A DNA stretch of 64,000 bases from Gracilinanus agilis (Eukaryota), in NCBI RefSeq assembly GCF_016433145.1, contig NC_058132.1:655294875-655358874 (forward strand), written 5' to 3'. Below the pieces are notes generated by a model. That model was not told the origin of the DNA. It saw only the letters and a program-made list of their open reading frames with translations, and searched no databases. The position numbers and the translations under genes are program-made. This document shows positions 11,451 to 24,355 of this stretch, piece by piece; within the stretch, counting starts at the first letter, position 1; every line of letters starts with the position of its first letter.

Positions 11451-14393
11451 GGCCTAAGCACTTAATAAGTGTTTATTGATTGATTGACTCTCTTTCCCTC
11501 TCCATGTGACCAGTCCAACGTTTCTTTCCCATACTTCCTTAACAGTTTCTTTTCCATGGCTTCTGCTCCTTCGTTCCTTTTTTGTAATACATTGCCATCT
11601 GTCGCTGCCTACTGTGCACCTCTTTGTTGCCCTTCGGGTGGGCCTAAGTTTCCATATTTTGTAAACTATTGGATTCCATTATTAACAGATATCTCAAGCA
11701 GTATTATTCTTTGTTGAGCGCCATAGGATGTTGAGAGCCATTGGAGAAACAGGGTCAAAATTAGGGCCTGTTATCTGGATTCCCTACATGACCAATCCAG
11801 GCTGAGGCAGTCTTTGTGTTTGGTCCTGGTCACCTGAGCCCTGAAAAGCTCTGGTACCAGCAGGTAGATTAATCCAAAAACAACTTGACCCCTCCAAGAG
11901 GCTATTAGGAGTCATTTAGAGAAACAGAGTCGGTAATAGATGTTTTATCTGGGTCCCATTACAAAATCATCGGCAAGTAAAACTGTGTGTATGTTTTTTT
12001 CTGCACTGCATGTCAGATGCAGATAGAATGGGCCATCTAAGGTAAAAATCTGAGGCTCCTCTTTTGACTCATTTTTAGATCCCCACATTTTCTCAATATT
12101 CTTATTGGAAAGCTTTGAGTCCATAACCAGACCAGCAGCTACTGAGTTAACAATTCCTCTCCTTGATAATTTCTCTCCTTGATAATTAAGAAGCCTGAAC
12201 CCTAAAAAATATATTACTTAGATAAAGACTTGCCTTAAGGTAACAGTAAATGTCCAAAGTAGCTTTGATCTCAGGCCTTTCTGACTTCATCACCAAGACT
12301 CTATGCTGTCTTATAAAGTACAATTGTAGATAATTAGTATTTGTAAAACTGGAAGTACATTACAAAGAGTAATGAGGTGGTAATCCTAGAAAGATAGACT
12401 GAAGCCATAATGTGAAGCTCTAGACAGAAGCAAGGGCTGGATTTGAGCATCATCACATAAATATGGCTGTGGATCCCATGAAAACTGATGAAATCTCTGA
12501 AAGAGATAGATAGAGATAGAGAGAGACAGACAGACAGACTGTGTGTGTGAGTGAGAGATAGAAAGAGAAAGAGAAGATGAGAGCTGCAGACAGAGCTTCA
12601 CAATAGACCCACAATGAGCACAGTGCCTGGCACATAATAGACAATAAATGCCAGTTGATTGAATGATTTGGAGTTATTTATTCTGTTTTATTGTCTAGTT
12701 CAAGTCATGAATTCCACCTTTAAATTATTACTTATATGATAATGTTAAATTTTATTAAGGGTATTGACTTTGCAAAATTAGAAAAATTATGTAATTAGTT
12801 CCTGCTCCTACCAAAAAAATATCTAGTTAGTATTTATTTAGATCTTGTTTTAAAACATTCGTCATAATACTAGGGGCCATTTTAAATCATGCTTCAGGGT
12901 TGTGAAGCACTTCAGATACATTACCTCATTTGATTTATTATCTATATTCTCCATAACTTTAACATGTAAACTTCTAATGGGGAGAGACTATATTGCATAT
13001 AAATATTTTATAGCCTTTCTGAGATTTCTAAATATCAAAGCATTTTGCAATACTGCCCTGCATAATAGTAGTTATATTATTAGAATTGAGAAAATTCATG
13101 TCTAAAAGCTTCTGTGGTTTCAGTAATACTTAAAAAAATTGTATTTTATGATAATATCTACATATCTTTTAAAAGATATGTATCTAAAGGTATGCATTTG
13201 TGTATGCATATATACATATGTATATATATCAGAAGAAGATATACAAGCCCTAGACATATTCAATCTACAGAAGGGATGTTTGTTTACTTATGGATTCACA
13301 CATTGATGGTTAAACTTCTTGCGCATAAATCAGCTGTCTCTCTGGAGTCATAGCCCACAAGTTTGAAACCAGTGGTATATAATTAAAATGTATTAAATTG
13401 GCATTCCCTTAAGTCCAATACATGTATTGCATTTTAAGATAACGTAACACACCAAGCACAAAATGTATAATCAAAAATGAAGGGGGTGATTATTTGTATG
13501 ATGAAAGAATTCTGTACTTCACAATTGTTGAATTCAGAAACTGCTGTACAAATAGTTGCAGATAAGACAGTGAAAGTCAGAGGCAGAAGAACTCAAGGCA
13601 AAATAAAATGTTATGATCCATTGCCTCTTGGAAATCAATGAACAATGAAGAGAAAACATTTAGAAGCATAATATAAGCTGATAAAAAAGACTTGATTTAC
13701 CAAGCTTTTGGGGAAAACATTCATATTTTGTATAAAATAAGATATGCCAATGTTTTACAAATGTTACTCAAGTTTTAAGAAATAGAGTTTTAATAGAGGG
13801 TAAAATGCTATCATAATTTACATTTAAATAGTGCTTTAAGATTTACAAAATATTTTTCTCACAAATACCCTGTAAAGTGAATAATCCAAGTGTGACTTTT
13901 TCTATAGATAAGGAAACTGAGTTTCAGAGAGAGGTGGTTTGCCAAAGGTCATTTTATTAGACAGGGTCTAGACTTGGCTTTTGTAATTTCGAGGCCTTTA
14001 CTCTTTCTGTTGATCCACATTAAGCTTAGATTTAAGGTCACCCAGGATGGATATTGAATGAAAATCTGAACTAAGCTAGAAAACCTTTTCTTTGGATTTT
14101 AAAGCACTCTCTAATTTAGTGTCAGCATATAATACATTTTACTCTCTCTCTCACATCCTTTAGGATCCAGTTAAACTGGTTTAGTCACTCTTCATCCATA
14201 GAAGACCTTCTACCTGCTTCCATAACTTTGGCCACCATTCTCTTTGCCTAGAATACACACCCTCCCTCTACTTCATGAATTACTGAATTGTATTCAAAGT
14301 TCTCAATCCCAGAACTTAAAGGAAACCCAATCTTATCCTTCCTCCCCCACTCCATGCTGAAGTCATAGTGCCCCTTTGTGCCTGTCTCTCTAT

Positions 14394-14526
14394 NNNNNNN
14401 NNNNNNNNNNNNNNNNNNNNNNNNNNNNNNNNNNNNNNNNNNNNNNNNNNNNNNNNNNNNNNNNNNNNNNNNNNNNNNNNNNNNNNNNNNNNNNNNNNNN
14501 NNNNNNNNNNNNNNNNNNNNNNNNNN
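14394..14526. other. Assembly gap (133 N)
   Basis: N run. Confidence 1.
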
Positions 14527-15981
14527 CTAAACACAAATGTATAATAGATGTGTACATTATACATATTTTTTTACCCCCTGTGTACATGATGTCTCCCAAC
14601 AGAATGTGGGTTTCTTGAAGGGAAGGCTTATTTAGCTTAGTTTAGTTTTTGTCTTTGGGTTCACAGTACTTAGCACAAAGTAAATGTATAATTAATACTT
14701 GTTTAACTCATGGTGCAGGTTCCACTAAAAATCTGGTCTAACTCTGGTCTAACAAGGTTCAATCAGGAACTGAATCCAAGAAGGTTATAATCTCCCTTTG
14801 GTTTATTATCTCTACCTGGGTTTGTTCCAGCATAATCTGATATTGCATATGCAATATATAATTCCTAAGCTAACCCCAATGAAAATGAGAGCTAGCATAT
14901 ATATATATATATATATATATGCTAACAAATTGTACTTTACTAACAAATTGCTATATATATAACTAACAAAAAGTACTTTACTAACAAATTTATATGTGTT
15001 TTCTTACTTGATACAATGATCCTTTGAAGTAGGTATTACTATTATTCTCATTTTCAGATGAGGAAATTGAGACTAAATAAGGTTATGTGACTTGCTCAGG
15101 GTCACACAGCTAATAAACGTCTGAGGTGGAATCAAACTTAGGTCTCCCAGAATCCAAGTCTAACATTTTCTGCACTGTGCCCCCTCCCCTCATGCCTAAA
15201 TGTGAGTAAATGGTTCTCCAGATCTGCCTATCAAGACAGCCTTTATTTTACCACATAGAAAATGCCTAAGATACAAAGGATTCATAGCAGTCCAAAAGAA
15301 TAACAAGCCAACAGATGGAAATACTCAAATAACCCATCAGCCACCCTGCAGAAGTAAACTAAACTTGGGTATGCCAGTGTGGCTATTCACAGTCTTCCTA
15401 GTGAATCTCTCTTTTCTGCAGAATTATTTCGAGTTACTTCTAGATGTTTAATTCCACTCTATTGCTTAGCCTCCTCCCTGACCCCAAAGGTAAATACATT
15501 CTGGAGGGCTGCTAAGCAAACAATCCCCTTCTCAGTAGAACTACTTGTCTCTGATTAACATACTGTCTTGACTCTCTAAGGAGGGCATTGCTTAGGAATT
15601 ATGTGGACTATCATCATCTTCTTTCTCCAAAGAGGATGCAGCCTCCAAATATCAGAAGATGATTTTCTTTTAGGAAGATGCAAATCCCAAACATCTAAAC
15701 TTGGAAATTCCCAGAGCAGTGCCTAGCAAATCTCCTTCCTTGGGCTAGTAGGCAAGGTTCTGGGATCTTAGTGTCCAAAAACCTCACATTCTCTATTCTG
15801 GAGGCTGGGGCTCAGGAATACAGTTTCCAGACTACTCTCTCAGGCTATATAGATACACCTCTTTTACTACAAGTTGTTATCAAGTGACCTTGGAATGAGA
15901 GGAAATTGCATATGGCAACAGATTCCCTCCTTGAAAACATAATATTTCAGGTCTACTCTTCTGCCTTCTGTATGATCTGAA

Positions 15982-15983
<2 letters not shown>

Positions 15984-16038
<55 letters not shown>
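15984..16038. repeat. (GA)n microsatellite
   Basis: Directly visible. Confidence 0.99.
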
Positions 16039-16044
<6 letters not shown>

Positions 16045-16157
16045 GAGTCAGAGACACAGAAGGAGACAGAGACACAGAAGAAGAGAGGCAGAAACAAAGG
16101 CAAGAATTAGAAACAGAATGATAAAATGAGGGAGAACCAGAGCTAGGTACTATATTT

Positions 16158-16415
16158 TTGTTGCTCTTTAGTTGTTTTTCAGCCATATCTGACTCCTTAT
16201 GACCCTATTTGGGGTTTTTCTTGGCAAAGATACTAAAGTGGTTGGTCATTTCCTTCTCCAGCTCATTTTACACAAGAGGAAACTAAAGCAAGTAGGGTTA
16301 AGTGATTTGTCCAAGATCACACAACTAATAAGTATCTGAAATCAGATTTGAATTCATAAAGAGTCTTCCTGACTCCAAGCCTAGCATTCTATCCATTGTA
16401 CTACCTGGTTGCCCC
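16158..16415 (-). mobile_element. MAR1-like CORE-SINE
   Basis: TTGGGGTTTTTCTTGGCAAAGATACTAAAGTGGTTGGTCATTTCCTTCTCCAGCTCATTTTAC...GAGTCTTCCTGACTCCAAG. Confidence 0.88.
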
Positions 16416-19198
16416 AGCTGGCATATTAGGTCACTTTTTAACGCCTTATTGGAAGGGGGTGAGGGATAGCATCTCTTAAAAATAGATCCTTCCTCTTGAG
16501 CCTCAAAGAACCAGTCATCAGGAGGCAATTTCTGTCTCTGAAATACAACATTTAACATGTCAATTGGCATTCCTAGATCCAGGGAAGGTGCTCTTAATAG
16601 ACTGCCTAACAAAGGACCACACCATTTAATGTCAGACAGGATGTTTGGCAAATTCTCCAACTTGATCAGAGAAGAACCTACCTGCTCTCCTCTCTACCTC
16701 TCAGCTGAATGGATGAGTTTGTCAAGCAATTGGAAGCCAACCCCATTCCTTTCCATTTCTATTGTTCTCCATCAGCATCAATTAACAGATTAAACTATGT
16801 CAAGCCCTCTGTTGTTGCTGCTGTTGCTCCTGCTACTGTTGTTACTGTTATTCTCTGACTTGGCAACAAAGGACAATTTTAAAAATCCCAAGGAAAAGCT
16901 CAGGGGCTCCTTTCTTTCCCCAAGCTGTTAGGTAAAAGAAGTCAGACAATGAGATGCACTACCCAACATGGAGGAATGCTGGCTAAGCAACAGAAATAAA
17001 AGGATCCCACAATGAAAGGATGAGAGAGATTAAAAAAACACCAAACAAACAAGCTAGCAGACTGAGCATTAGGAAATTCCAGATAGTTCTAGGCAGGTGT
17101 CTGTTCTGGGTCAGGAGGCATTACTTCCTGTGTTTAATCCACAGTATTTGAGCCTTCACCTGATTCCAATTAATACTCCAATTTGCTGTGGTATACTACT
17201 CATTAACTAGCCTGTAGCTCATTATACTTAATTTGATTTTTTTCCTCTTTGAAATCTAGTTCAGATTAGACAAGCAATAGGAACAAAGCGGGGGCACATG
17301 TTAGGTTTGCTTCAGTCAGTTTGGAACTTGTAAAGGGATCAGAGAAGGAGGGCAATTGGCACATACCCCTCCTCTGAAGTTCTTAATTTGTCTGGCTGAC
17401 AAATAGAGGAATGAATCTCTTCTGGCTCAGAGGTTTGAAGGTTACTTAAAACTCTACCTGAACACAGGTTCTAGGCATCCTCCCCAGTTCCTGTCATGAG
17501 TATAAAGATAAAATTAAGAATTTTGAGATAATCACCATTAACATGCCCTCAGACCAACCTTAGGCTAGAGAAAACCCTGCCCCTGACCCTGTGCTGAAGA
17601 CCTCTGGATATCGTTAGATCACTTTGGGGAAAGCTCTAACTGGGCATACATGTTTGTGCCCTTTAAATTTCAGTGTTCTTCAACAAAACTCCAGTAGCCT
17701 CACCATATTCCTATAAAAGTAATTGAGAAAATCATCCATCAGATTAAAAAATGCATTTGAAACTACAGGAAGTTAACCAAAGGTCAGTCAACTAGAATTT
17801 ACTAAGTCCCCACTGTGTGCCAGTTATTGTGCCAAGTGCCCTGCCCTAATGGTGGTTCTATGAAAGCCACTCATAGAATAAGAAGCTGAATTTGAAATGG
17901 AAGGAAAGTAAGTCAGCTTTTCTTCCTTTACCAGCCAAAGTCCTTTTCCTTCAGGGAGCTTGGGCTTCTAGCTGCCATTTTTGTCTTGAGCTACTTTATA
18001 ATTTTTGATGCCTTTCTTGGTAAAGGAAGTCCCACAATCCTTTGCATGGAACCTTCATGGTCTGTTCTTACTGATGAAAAGGAAATTTTTAGAGAAACTG
18101 ATCAAGGCCAGTAAGCCACTTTTTGGAGCAGGGCATGGCTTGAACTCAGCATGTGAATGAATCTGTGGACCTCCCTCTCAAAGTTAATTTTCATTCCTGT
18201 GGGAAGCAGCAAAATGGTAATTAAAAAAATTCTTGATGCAGTGATGTGGGGGTGGGAAGAGGGCTCAGAGATCATGGTACAAAATAGTTAATTGTGCTTC
18301 ATTTTCCTGCCTTGCCAAGCAAGAATAATAGCATTATCCTCTCTGACAGAGATGTTGTTAGGATAATCTCACCAATCCCATTTTTACCCAGTGTGTTTTC
18401 CCTGGACAACAATGCTTCAGTTCAGCCAATCTTCCAAGGTGTAACTAAGAAAAAATATTTACCTTCTTTTCGTTCTAGGTAAGCTAAGGTATAAAGAGGC
18501 CATATAACCCGCTACAGGGCAATAGCTACTGACAAAAGCCAAACCAGTCTCTGTCCACCAGGCTTTTGCTGCCTAAGCAAAGAGAAAGAAATGATCTCTG
18601 GATGTCCAGAATTCCATTAGAAAATCCACTAAAACCCAGTCATTATTCACTCTAATATCAGATAAGAGAGAAATTGAAAGTATACTTAATCTGCTGCCTT
18701 GGGATAACTCATTTATAATGAATCCTATTGATATTGCAATAACTATTAAACCTAATTTGTAGAGGGCTCATGTTCGGTGATAAGCAATTATATAAGTCTT
18801 ATCTGACTCTTTCTCAGGCCAGCATCCTTCAGTTGAAAGAGCACTGGCCTTGGAATCAAAGGACTCAGGTTCACATTCTGGGTGCTTAGAAATTGTGTAC
18901 TTTTGGACTACTCACTTTGCCTCAATTTTCTTATCTGTAAAATGAGAGATTGGATAGATGAGCTTGAAAATCCATTTCAGTTCTAAATCTAGGTTCCTCT
19001 GAGGCTCAAAAGCATGTTCACATTTGCTATGATAGGACTTCTAGATTTTACCAGTCAAAAATCTTCAAGTAGCCTAGGGATGGACTGTAGGCCTATTTTC
19101 TAAGGACAAACCTAGCTATATTTAGACATGTTTGTCTCCAGGTTGGCTGCAAAATGAATTTTTCGGTGATATTAACTGTCAAAGACTAAGATATAGAG

Positions 19199-19315
19199 CA
19201 GAGGTTCTACCTTTTTTTCCTGTCATGGATCCCTTCATACAAATCTTTGATGCCCTCATCAGAAGAAATTAAAAAAAACAACTATGTTCATGGATCCCAG
19301 TTGGGAGTTTTGCCA
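19199..19315 (-). mobile_element. Short deletion derivative of the ancient hAT MITE family
   Basis: CAGAGGTTCTACCTTTTTTTCCTGTCATGGATCCC ... GTTCATGGATCCCAGTTGGGAG resembles both termini of the family with the middle missing. Confidence 0.45.
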
Positions 19316-20109
19316 TCTTCACTGATGGAAATGGTTATTATATTAATGGAATCCCAGATACTTGACTCATTGGGCACATGGATTTTTTTTTATCATTGTT
19401 TAAAAAACAACAGCTTTGTAGTAAGAATAATTGAAGTCCTACATGCCTATACCAGTGGATCCATAATCTCAGTATTGGGAATCCTTCTACCTGTTCTCAA
19501 TGTAACCCAATCATCAGTTCTCCTCTTATGTGATCCTTGTCCATGATACTCCAGAACTCACTCATGGAGAAGCCAGCCAATATGATAAAAGGTTTTCCTT
19601 AGGGCATTTGGTATTTGGCAGGTGCTAATGTAGCAACATCTGGGCTGCCCATATGTTTTGACCTATAGATATTTGAACTCTATATGCTACTTTCTATCCA
19701 TACATTTCTATACATTAAGTGACAAATTTCTGTCACTTCTTCTATGCTAGTTATCACTGACAATGTACAGTCTCCTTTTCACATCTACCCTGAATTTTTC
19801 TGTCATCCTTTGGGTTCCACAATTTTTATTCTTAGGAGACTGTGGCAGTGAAATGAATATATGAACCAATTTTTTTTAATTTTAAAAATCTTTTAAAAGA
19901 ACTGATGTGATATGGTACAAATTAGTTATTACTTTACATTAAGTAGAGAGGCTGCAGAGGCAGGATGTGAAAACTTTTGGTGCTCACTACTTGTGGGACT
20001 TTGATCATGTCCTTTCTCTTTTCTGAAAATAAAGAAAGAATAAGATATGACAGAAGGGCAGCCCATGAATTACTGTGGCATCCCCTAAAATGTTAAAAGA
20101 CACAAAAAT

Positions 20110-20280
20110 AAGGGTACCTATCTTTTTCTGTATCCTGAACCCATTAGGCAGTCAGGCTAATAAAGCCTATGGTCCCTTCTCAGAATCATATTTTTAAATG
20201 CAAAAAAGAAAATATATAAGCTTACAAAAGAAAACAGTGGTATTTAAATATAGCTATTAAAATATTTTTAAAAAACATTT
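20110..20280 (-). mobile_element. Ancient hAT-Charlie-type MITE remnant (same family as 2677-2915)
   Basis: GAACCCATTAGGCAGTCAGG...AAGCCTATGGTCCCTTCTCAGAATCATATTTTTAAATGCAAAA is the reverse complement of the 2677-2915 internal block. Confidence 0.6.
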
Positions 20281-21547
20281 CTGTCTCTGTACCCCCAGTA
20301 CCTGGCTCATAACTTGTGTTTAGCAGAGGGTTGTTGATTGACTTATTGTACAATGGAACAAACTCTAACTCTACCTTTGATGCTTCAAAACCTGAGAACC
20401 TTTAGACAGGTCACTTTCTCCCCCTGAGCCTCAGTTTCCTCATTTATATAATGAGGTCTCCAACTAAAGGTCTATGAAGTCTCTTCCAGATTTAAAGCTG
20501 TGGCCCCAATTGACTAATTGATTAGAGGCAGCATGAGATGATGGAAACATCTCAGAACTTGAATTCAGAAGAGATCTGGTTTCAAATTTTATCTTATATA
20601 CTCTTTAAGTTACAGGTCCTTGGGCAAATCACTTAACCAAGATAGACCTCAGTTTCCTTATCTGAAGAATGAGAATGTTAGAGCTCAACCAAGATAATGT
20701 TTATAAAATATTTTCCCAAGAGAAAAGTAGCCTTGAAAATAAAGTCTTACGTATAGAGATGATGGGAGTTGAAGTTGGAAGTGAATGACATACTCAAGGG
20801 AGAAAAGTGTTTAAAAAAAGAAAAGCAAAAGACCCAGGAGAAAATTCTGGGAGGGGGAGGAGGAGGGAGAAGGAAGATCAAGCTTAAGGGATAAGCAAAG
20901 AGGGAAATAGGCAAGTTGCTGTCAGCAAGGTAGGAGGAGAATGAGTGAATGAGCCAGTTAGTAGAGCCTGGATTCCCACTCATCCTCCTTCCAGGCAGTT
21001 ACAAATGCCTCCTCCTGTTTTCTAAATTTAAAAGCCAAGCAAACCTGAGGTCTCACTATCTATGGGTTTTCCTTGAAAATACCAAAAGTCAAATCTGTAA
21101 TTAACTTGGGGATTTATAGTCAGTGGCTATGCAAAGTACATATTAACTTTCTAAATAAGTCTCTTTTACCCACTTTATGTGTTTTTGAGGAATGTCTTTT
21201 GCCAGCTTCTGAAGGGGAAGAGTTAGGAGAGGGCTATTTTTTCCCAAACTTCTCTGAGTAGAGGGAATCCATCTAAAGGAAATAAGGGGCTTGGCCACAG
21301 TGGTGAGAATGAAGAAGGGTCCTGGCATTTGGAAGTTAGGTGGAATAGCCAAAGTTAGGAGGACAGGGCAGGGATTTCCCCCACTTGCCTCAACCCTGTT
21401 TTCTCAGGCAACAGCCACAGGGGGGATCCTGGGACTGCCCACTTGGTTGGCAGGATGCCTTTGGTGTGTTGTGATAGAGTGGGTGTTTTATTTGGGATTG
21501 TGAAATCAAATAGATGAGCAAACAAAGCCTCCAAGGGCCAGAGTCAT

Positions 21548-21550
<3 letters not shown>

Positions 21551-21610
<60 letters not shown>
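21551..21610. repeat. (AC)n microsatellite, about 30 units
   Basis: Directly visible. Confidence 0.99.
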
Positions 21611-21613
<3 letters not shown>

Positions 21614-22179
21614 CCTGTCTACTGGCTATTAACTGGAGGATCTAGGTATGAGCATCCAAAAAGGTGTGAGCATCCTTGCAGATCTGAAGAAAGGCTCAGG
21701 CTAGACTGCCAAGGGATTCTCATCTGCAGTCATAAAAGGATGTCCTGATCTTTAAGTGAGCCCAGAATACATGGCTTGTTTCTCATGAGACCCCAAAATT
21801 TCACAGGTTGCTTTTTTTGTTTGTTTATGGCATATGTTCCCTGGGACCAGGCACTGCATTGAATCTAAACTCTTAGGACATGGCTTATCTATGCTCACTT
21901 TGCTAAAAGTAACCTCAGCAAATCATTTATAAACTCATTCAATCAGTTTCTAAACATATATGAAGACTTCCTGTATGCCAGACACTGGGGATACAAAAAT
22001 GAAAAAATCCCTGGCCTCAGAGAACTTAAATTTTAAGCAAGAATAAAAGATACAGACAGAATTAAGATGTTGAAAGTCTATTCATGTTTCCAGCATTTAG
22101 AATAGCTTAAAACCATTATTTTTCTTTTTATCATAGCTAACTTTATAACAAATCAACAAGATTTTTCTTTCCTTTTCAG

Positions 22180-22800
22180 TTTTAATTGAGAAATTTTCTT
22201 TTGATATCATTTACATTTCCTAATATAGCTTTCACTCTCTCAAAAATCCATTTCATAACAAATAATTTTTTAAAAATGGAAAAAATATCTGCTCAGCAAA
22301 TCTAGCCAAAATATTACTTAAGTCTGACATTACAATGCAGGATTCTATACTATATATAGCTCTGACCTCTGCAAGGACTAGGAAGAGGTACCTTTTCATA
22401 TCTCTTTTTTAGGGTCAAGTTTGGTCAGTATATTTCTGGTTGTATTATTAGGGTTCTTTCCCTTTAAATGGTTGAGGTCATTGTTATCTATTGTTTCACC
22501 AGCTCTGCTTACCTCACTTTGCATCAGTTCATATAAATCTTCCTGAACTTCACTCTCCATTATTCTCATTGTTTCTAGCAGCCCAGTAGAGTTTTACTGC
22601 ATTGACTCCACAGCTGATTAAATTATTCCCCAATCAGTGGGAAACTACTTGGTTTCCAATTCTTTATTCCCACTGCTATTTATTTCTTCATGTCTATGCA
22701 ATCTGCTTTTCTATATTTGACCTTGATGAAGGTCTAACCATGAGTTTCCAAGGCAACAGGCACAATGGTTACTTTCTCAGCAAAATTCCAAAATGTTACC
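22180..22800 (-). mobile_element. Old marsupial LINE-1 3' region
   Basis: Contains GCTCTGCTTACCTCACTTTGCATCAGTTCATATAAATCTTCC and ATTCCCCAATCAGTGGG, decayed versions of the L1 3' block seen at 24160-24300. Confidence 0.65.
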
Positions 22801-23509
22801 AAGGTGGTATTTCCATCCCCCCCCCCCCATTCTGCAGATCTCTTGGGAATCTAGTGACCTTCCCACAATCTGATCTCTCTCAGTACTGTGCTTAAAACAT
22901 ATACACAGCCCAGGAGGCATCACTTTTTTGTCTTATCATTGCCAACATCAACCAACGAAGAAGCCAGGTTTGAATGCAAGCTCTACCACTTACTACCTAT
23001 GTGACTTTGGACAAGTCACTTACTCTCACTAGGTTTCAGTGTTCTCCTCTGTAAAGATAAAGAAAACAGATTAAGTAAACTATAATGTCTCTCTCAGCTC
23101 TAAATCCAGTCAGTGAAATTAAGGTTATAGTATTCTTGAGAAGGATAGTGACTAGAGAACTGGCCTTAAAGTTCAGAAGATCCAGGTTTAATTTTTTTTT
23201 TACTTTGTGTGTACTTTGATATGCATTGGATATGTGACCCTGAGGAAGTCACTTAACTTTTTGATGTTCCAGACCCCTCTCTAAGTTGCAAAACAGGTGC
23301 TTATCTGCATAGGTAGAGGAAGTTTTCTCACCAGAGAGTTAGTTTTCAATGAAACCACAATTTCCTGAAGAAATCACAGATTTGAGCTAAAAGAGATGGA
23401 AGGAAATAGTTCACCTTTGACCCATTTGGTCCTCTTCTCTCCTCCCCACCTCTCATCATCAAAAAGAAATACTCCACTATTCTTCTCATTTGTTTAGGGA
23501 TCATTATCT

Positions 23510-23697
23510 CTATGGTAGTCAGGTCGTGCTGGAGATAGACTGCTGTGCCTGGAGTCAGAAAGAAATTTTCCTCAGTTTCCACATATGCAAAATAAGCTGG
23601 AGAAGGAAATGGCAAATCCCTCCAGTAACTCTGCCAAGAAAACTCTAAATAGAATTGTGAAGTATAAGACATGACTGAAAACAACTGAACAGTAATC
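23510..23697 (+). mobile_element. MAR1-like CORE-SINE (internally deleted)
   Basis: GCTGGAGAAGGAAATGGCAAATCCCTCCAGTAACTCTGCCAAGAAAAC...GACATGACTGAAAACAACTGAAC. Confidence 0.8.
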
Positions 23698-23752
23698 TGT
23701 ACTTTAAGAAACATTGCACAATTTATAGAATTAAATGTAATGAATTAGCCTG

Positions 23753-24355
23753 TTTTTTAATATTTTTAGTTTTTTAAATTTTATTTAAGAACCTTTTTCC
23801 ATGGTTACATGATTCATGTTCTTTCCCTCCCATCCTCTCTTCCCCCTCCCAGAGTTGATGAGCAATTCCACTGGGTTATACATGTATCATTGTTCAAAAC
23901 CTATTTCCGTATTATTAATATTTGCAATAGAGTGATCATTTAAAGTCTACATCCCTAATTGTATCCCCATTGAACCATGTGATCAAGCAGTTGTTTTTCT
24001 TCTGTGTTTCTGCTCCCACAGTTCTTTCTCTGGATGTGGATAGCATCTTTCTCATAAGTCCTCAGAATTGTCCTGGGTCATTGCATTACTGCTAGCAGAG
24101 AAGTCCATTATAACTGATTGTGGCACAATATATCTATCTCTGTGTACAATGTTCTCCTGGTTCTGCTCCTTTCATTCTGCATCAGTTCCTGGAGGTCATT
24201 CCAGTTCACATGGAATTCCTCCAGTTTGTTATTCCTTTGAGCACAATAGTATTCCATCACCAGCAGATACCACAATTTGTTCAGCCATTCCCCAATTAAA
24301 GGGCATCCCCTCATTTTCCAGTTTTTTCTCTTTGGGGTACAAACCTAGCAGTGGT
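23753..24355 (-). mobile_element. 5'-truncated marsupial LINE-1 with poly(A) tail and TSD
   Basis: ORF 24108-24314 (CPLIGEWLNKLWYLLVMEYYCA...) is the L1 ORF2 C-terminus. T-rich tail at 23753-23795. TSD ATTAGCCTG(TTT) at 23744 / ATTAACCTGGTTT at 24356 followed by AA, consistent with the L1 endonuclease site. Confidence 0.9.

Noticed and set aside
12157-12187. 15-bp tandem duplication CTCTCCTTGATAATT
   Set aside because: It is an ordinary slippage duplication with no evidence of function.
13290-13375. AGTTTGAAACCAGTG resembling a hAT right end
   Set aside because: No matching left TIR or TSD could be found.
14316-14618. ORFs spanning N runs (also 27511-27778, 37785-38291, 43369-43992)
   Set aside because: They are open only because gaps contain no stop codons.
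21408-21463. Possible 56-nt exon (CTGTTTTCTCAG|...TTG|GTGTGT)
   Set aside because: The donor is weak, no peptide is recognisable in any frame, and such matches are common by chance.
24108-24314. 68-aa ORF with a real protein signature
   Set aside because: It is the C-terminus of LINE-1 ORF2 in a truncated retrocopy, not a host gene.
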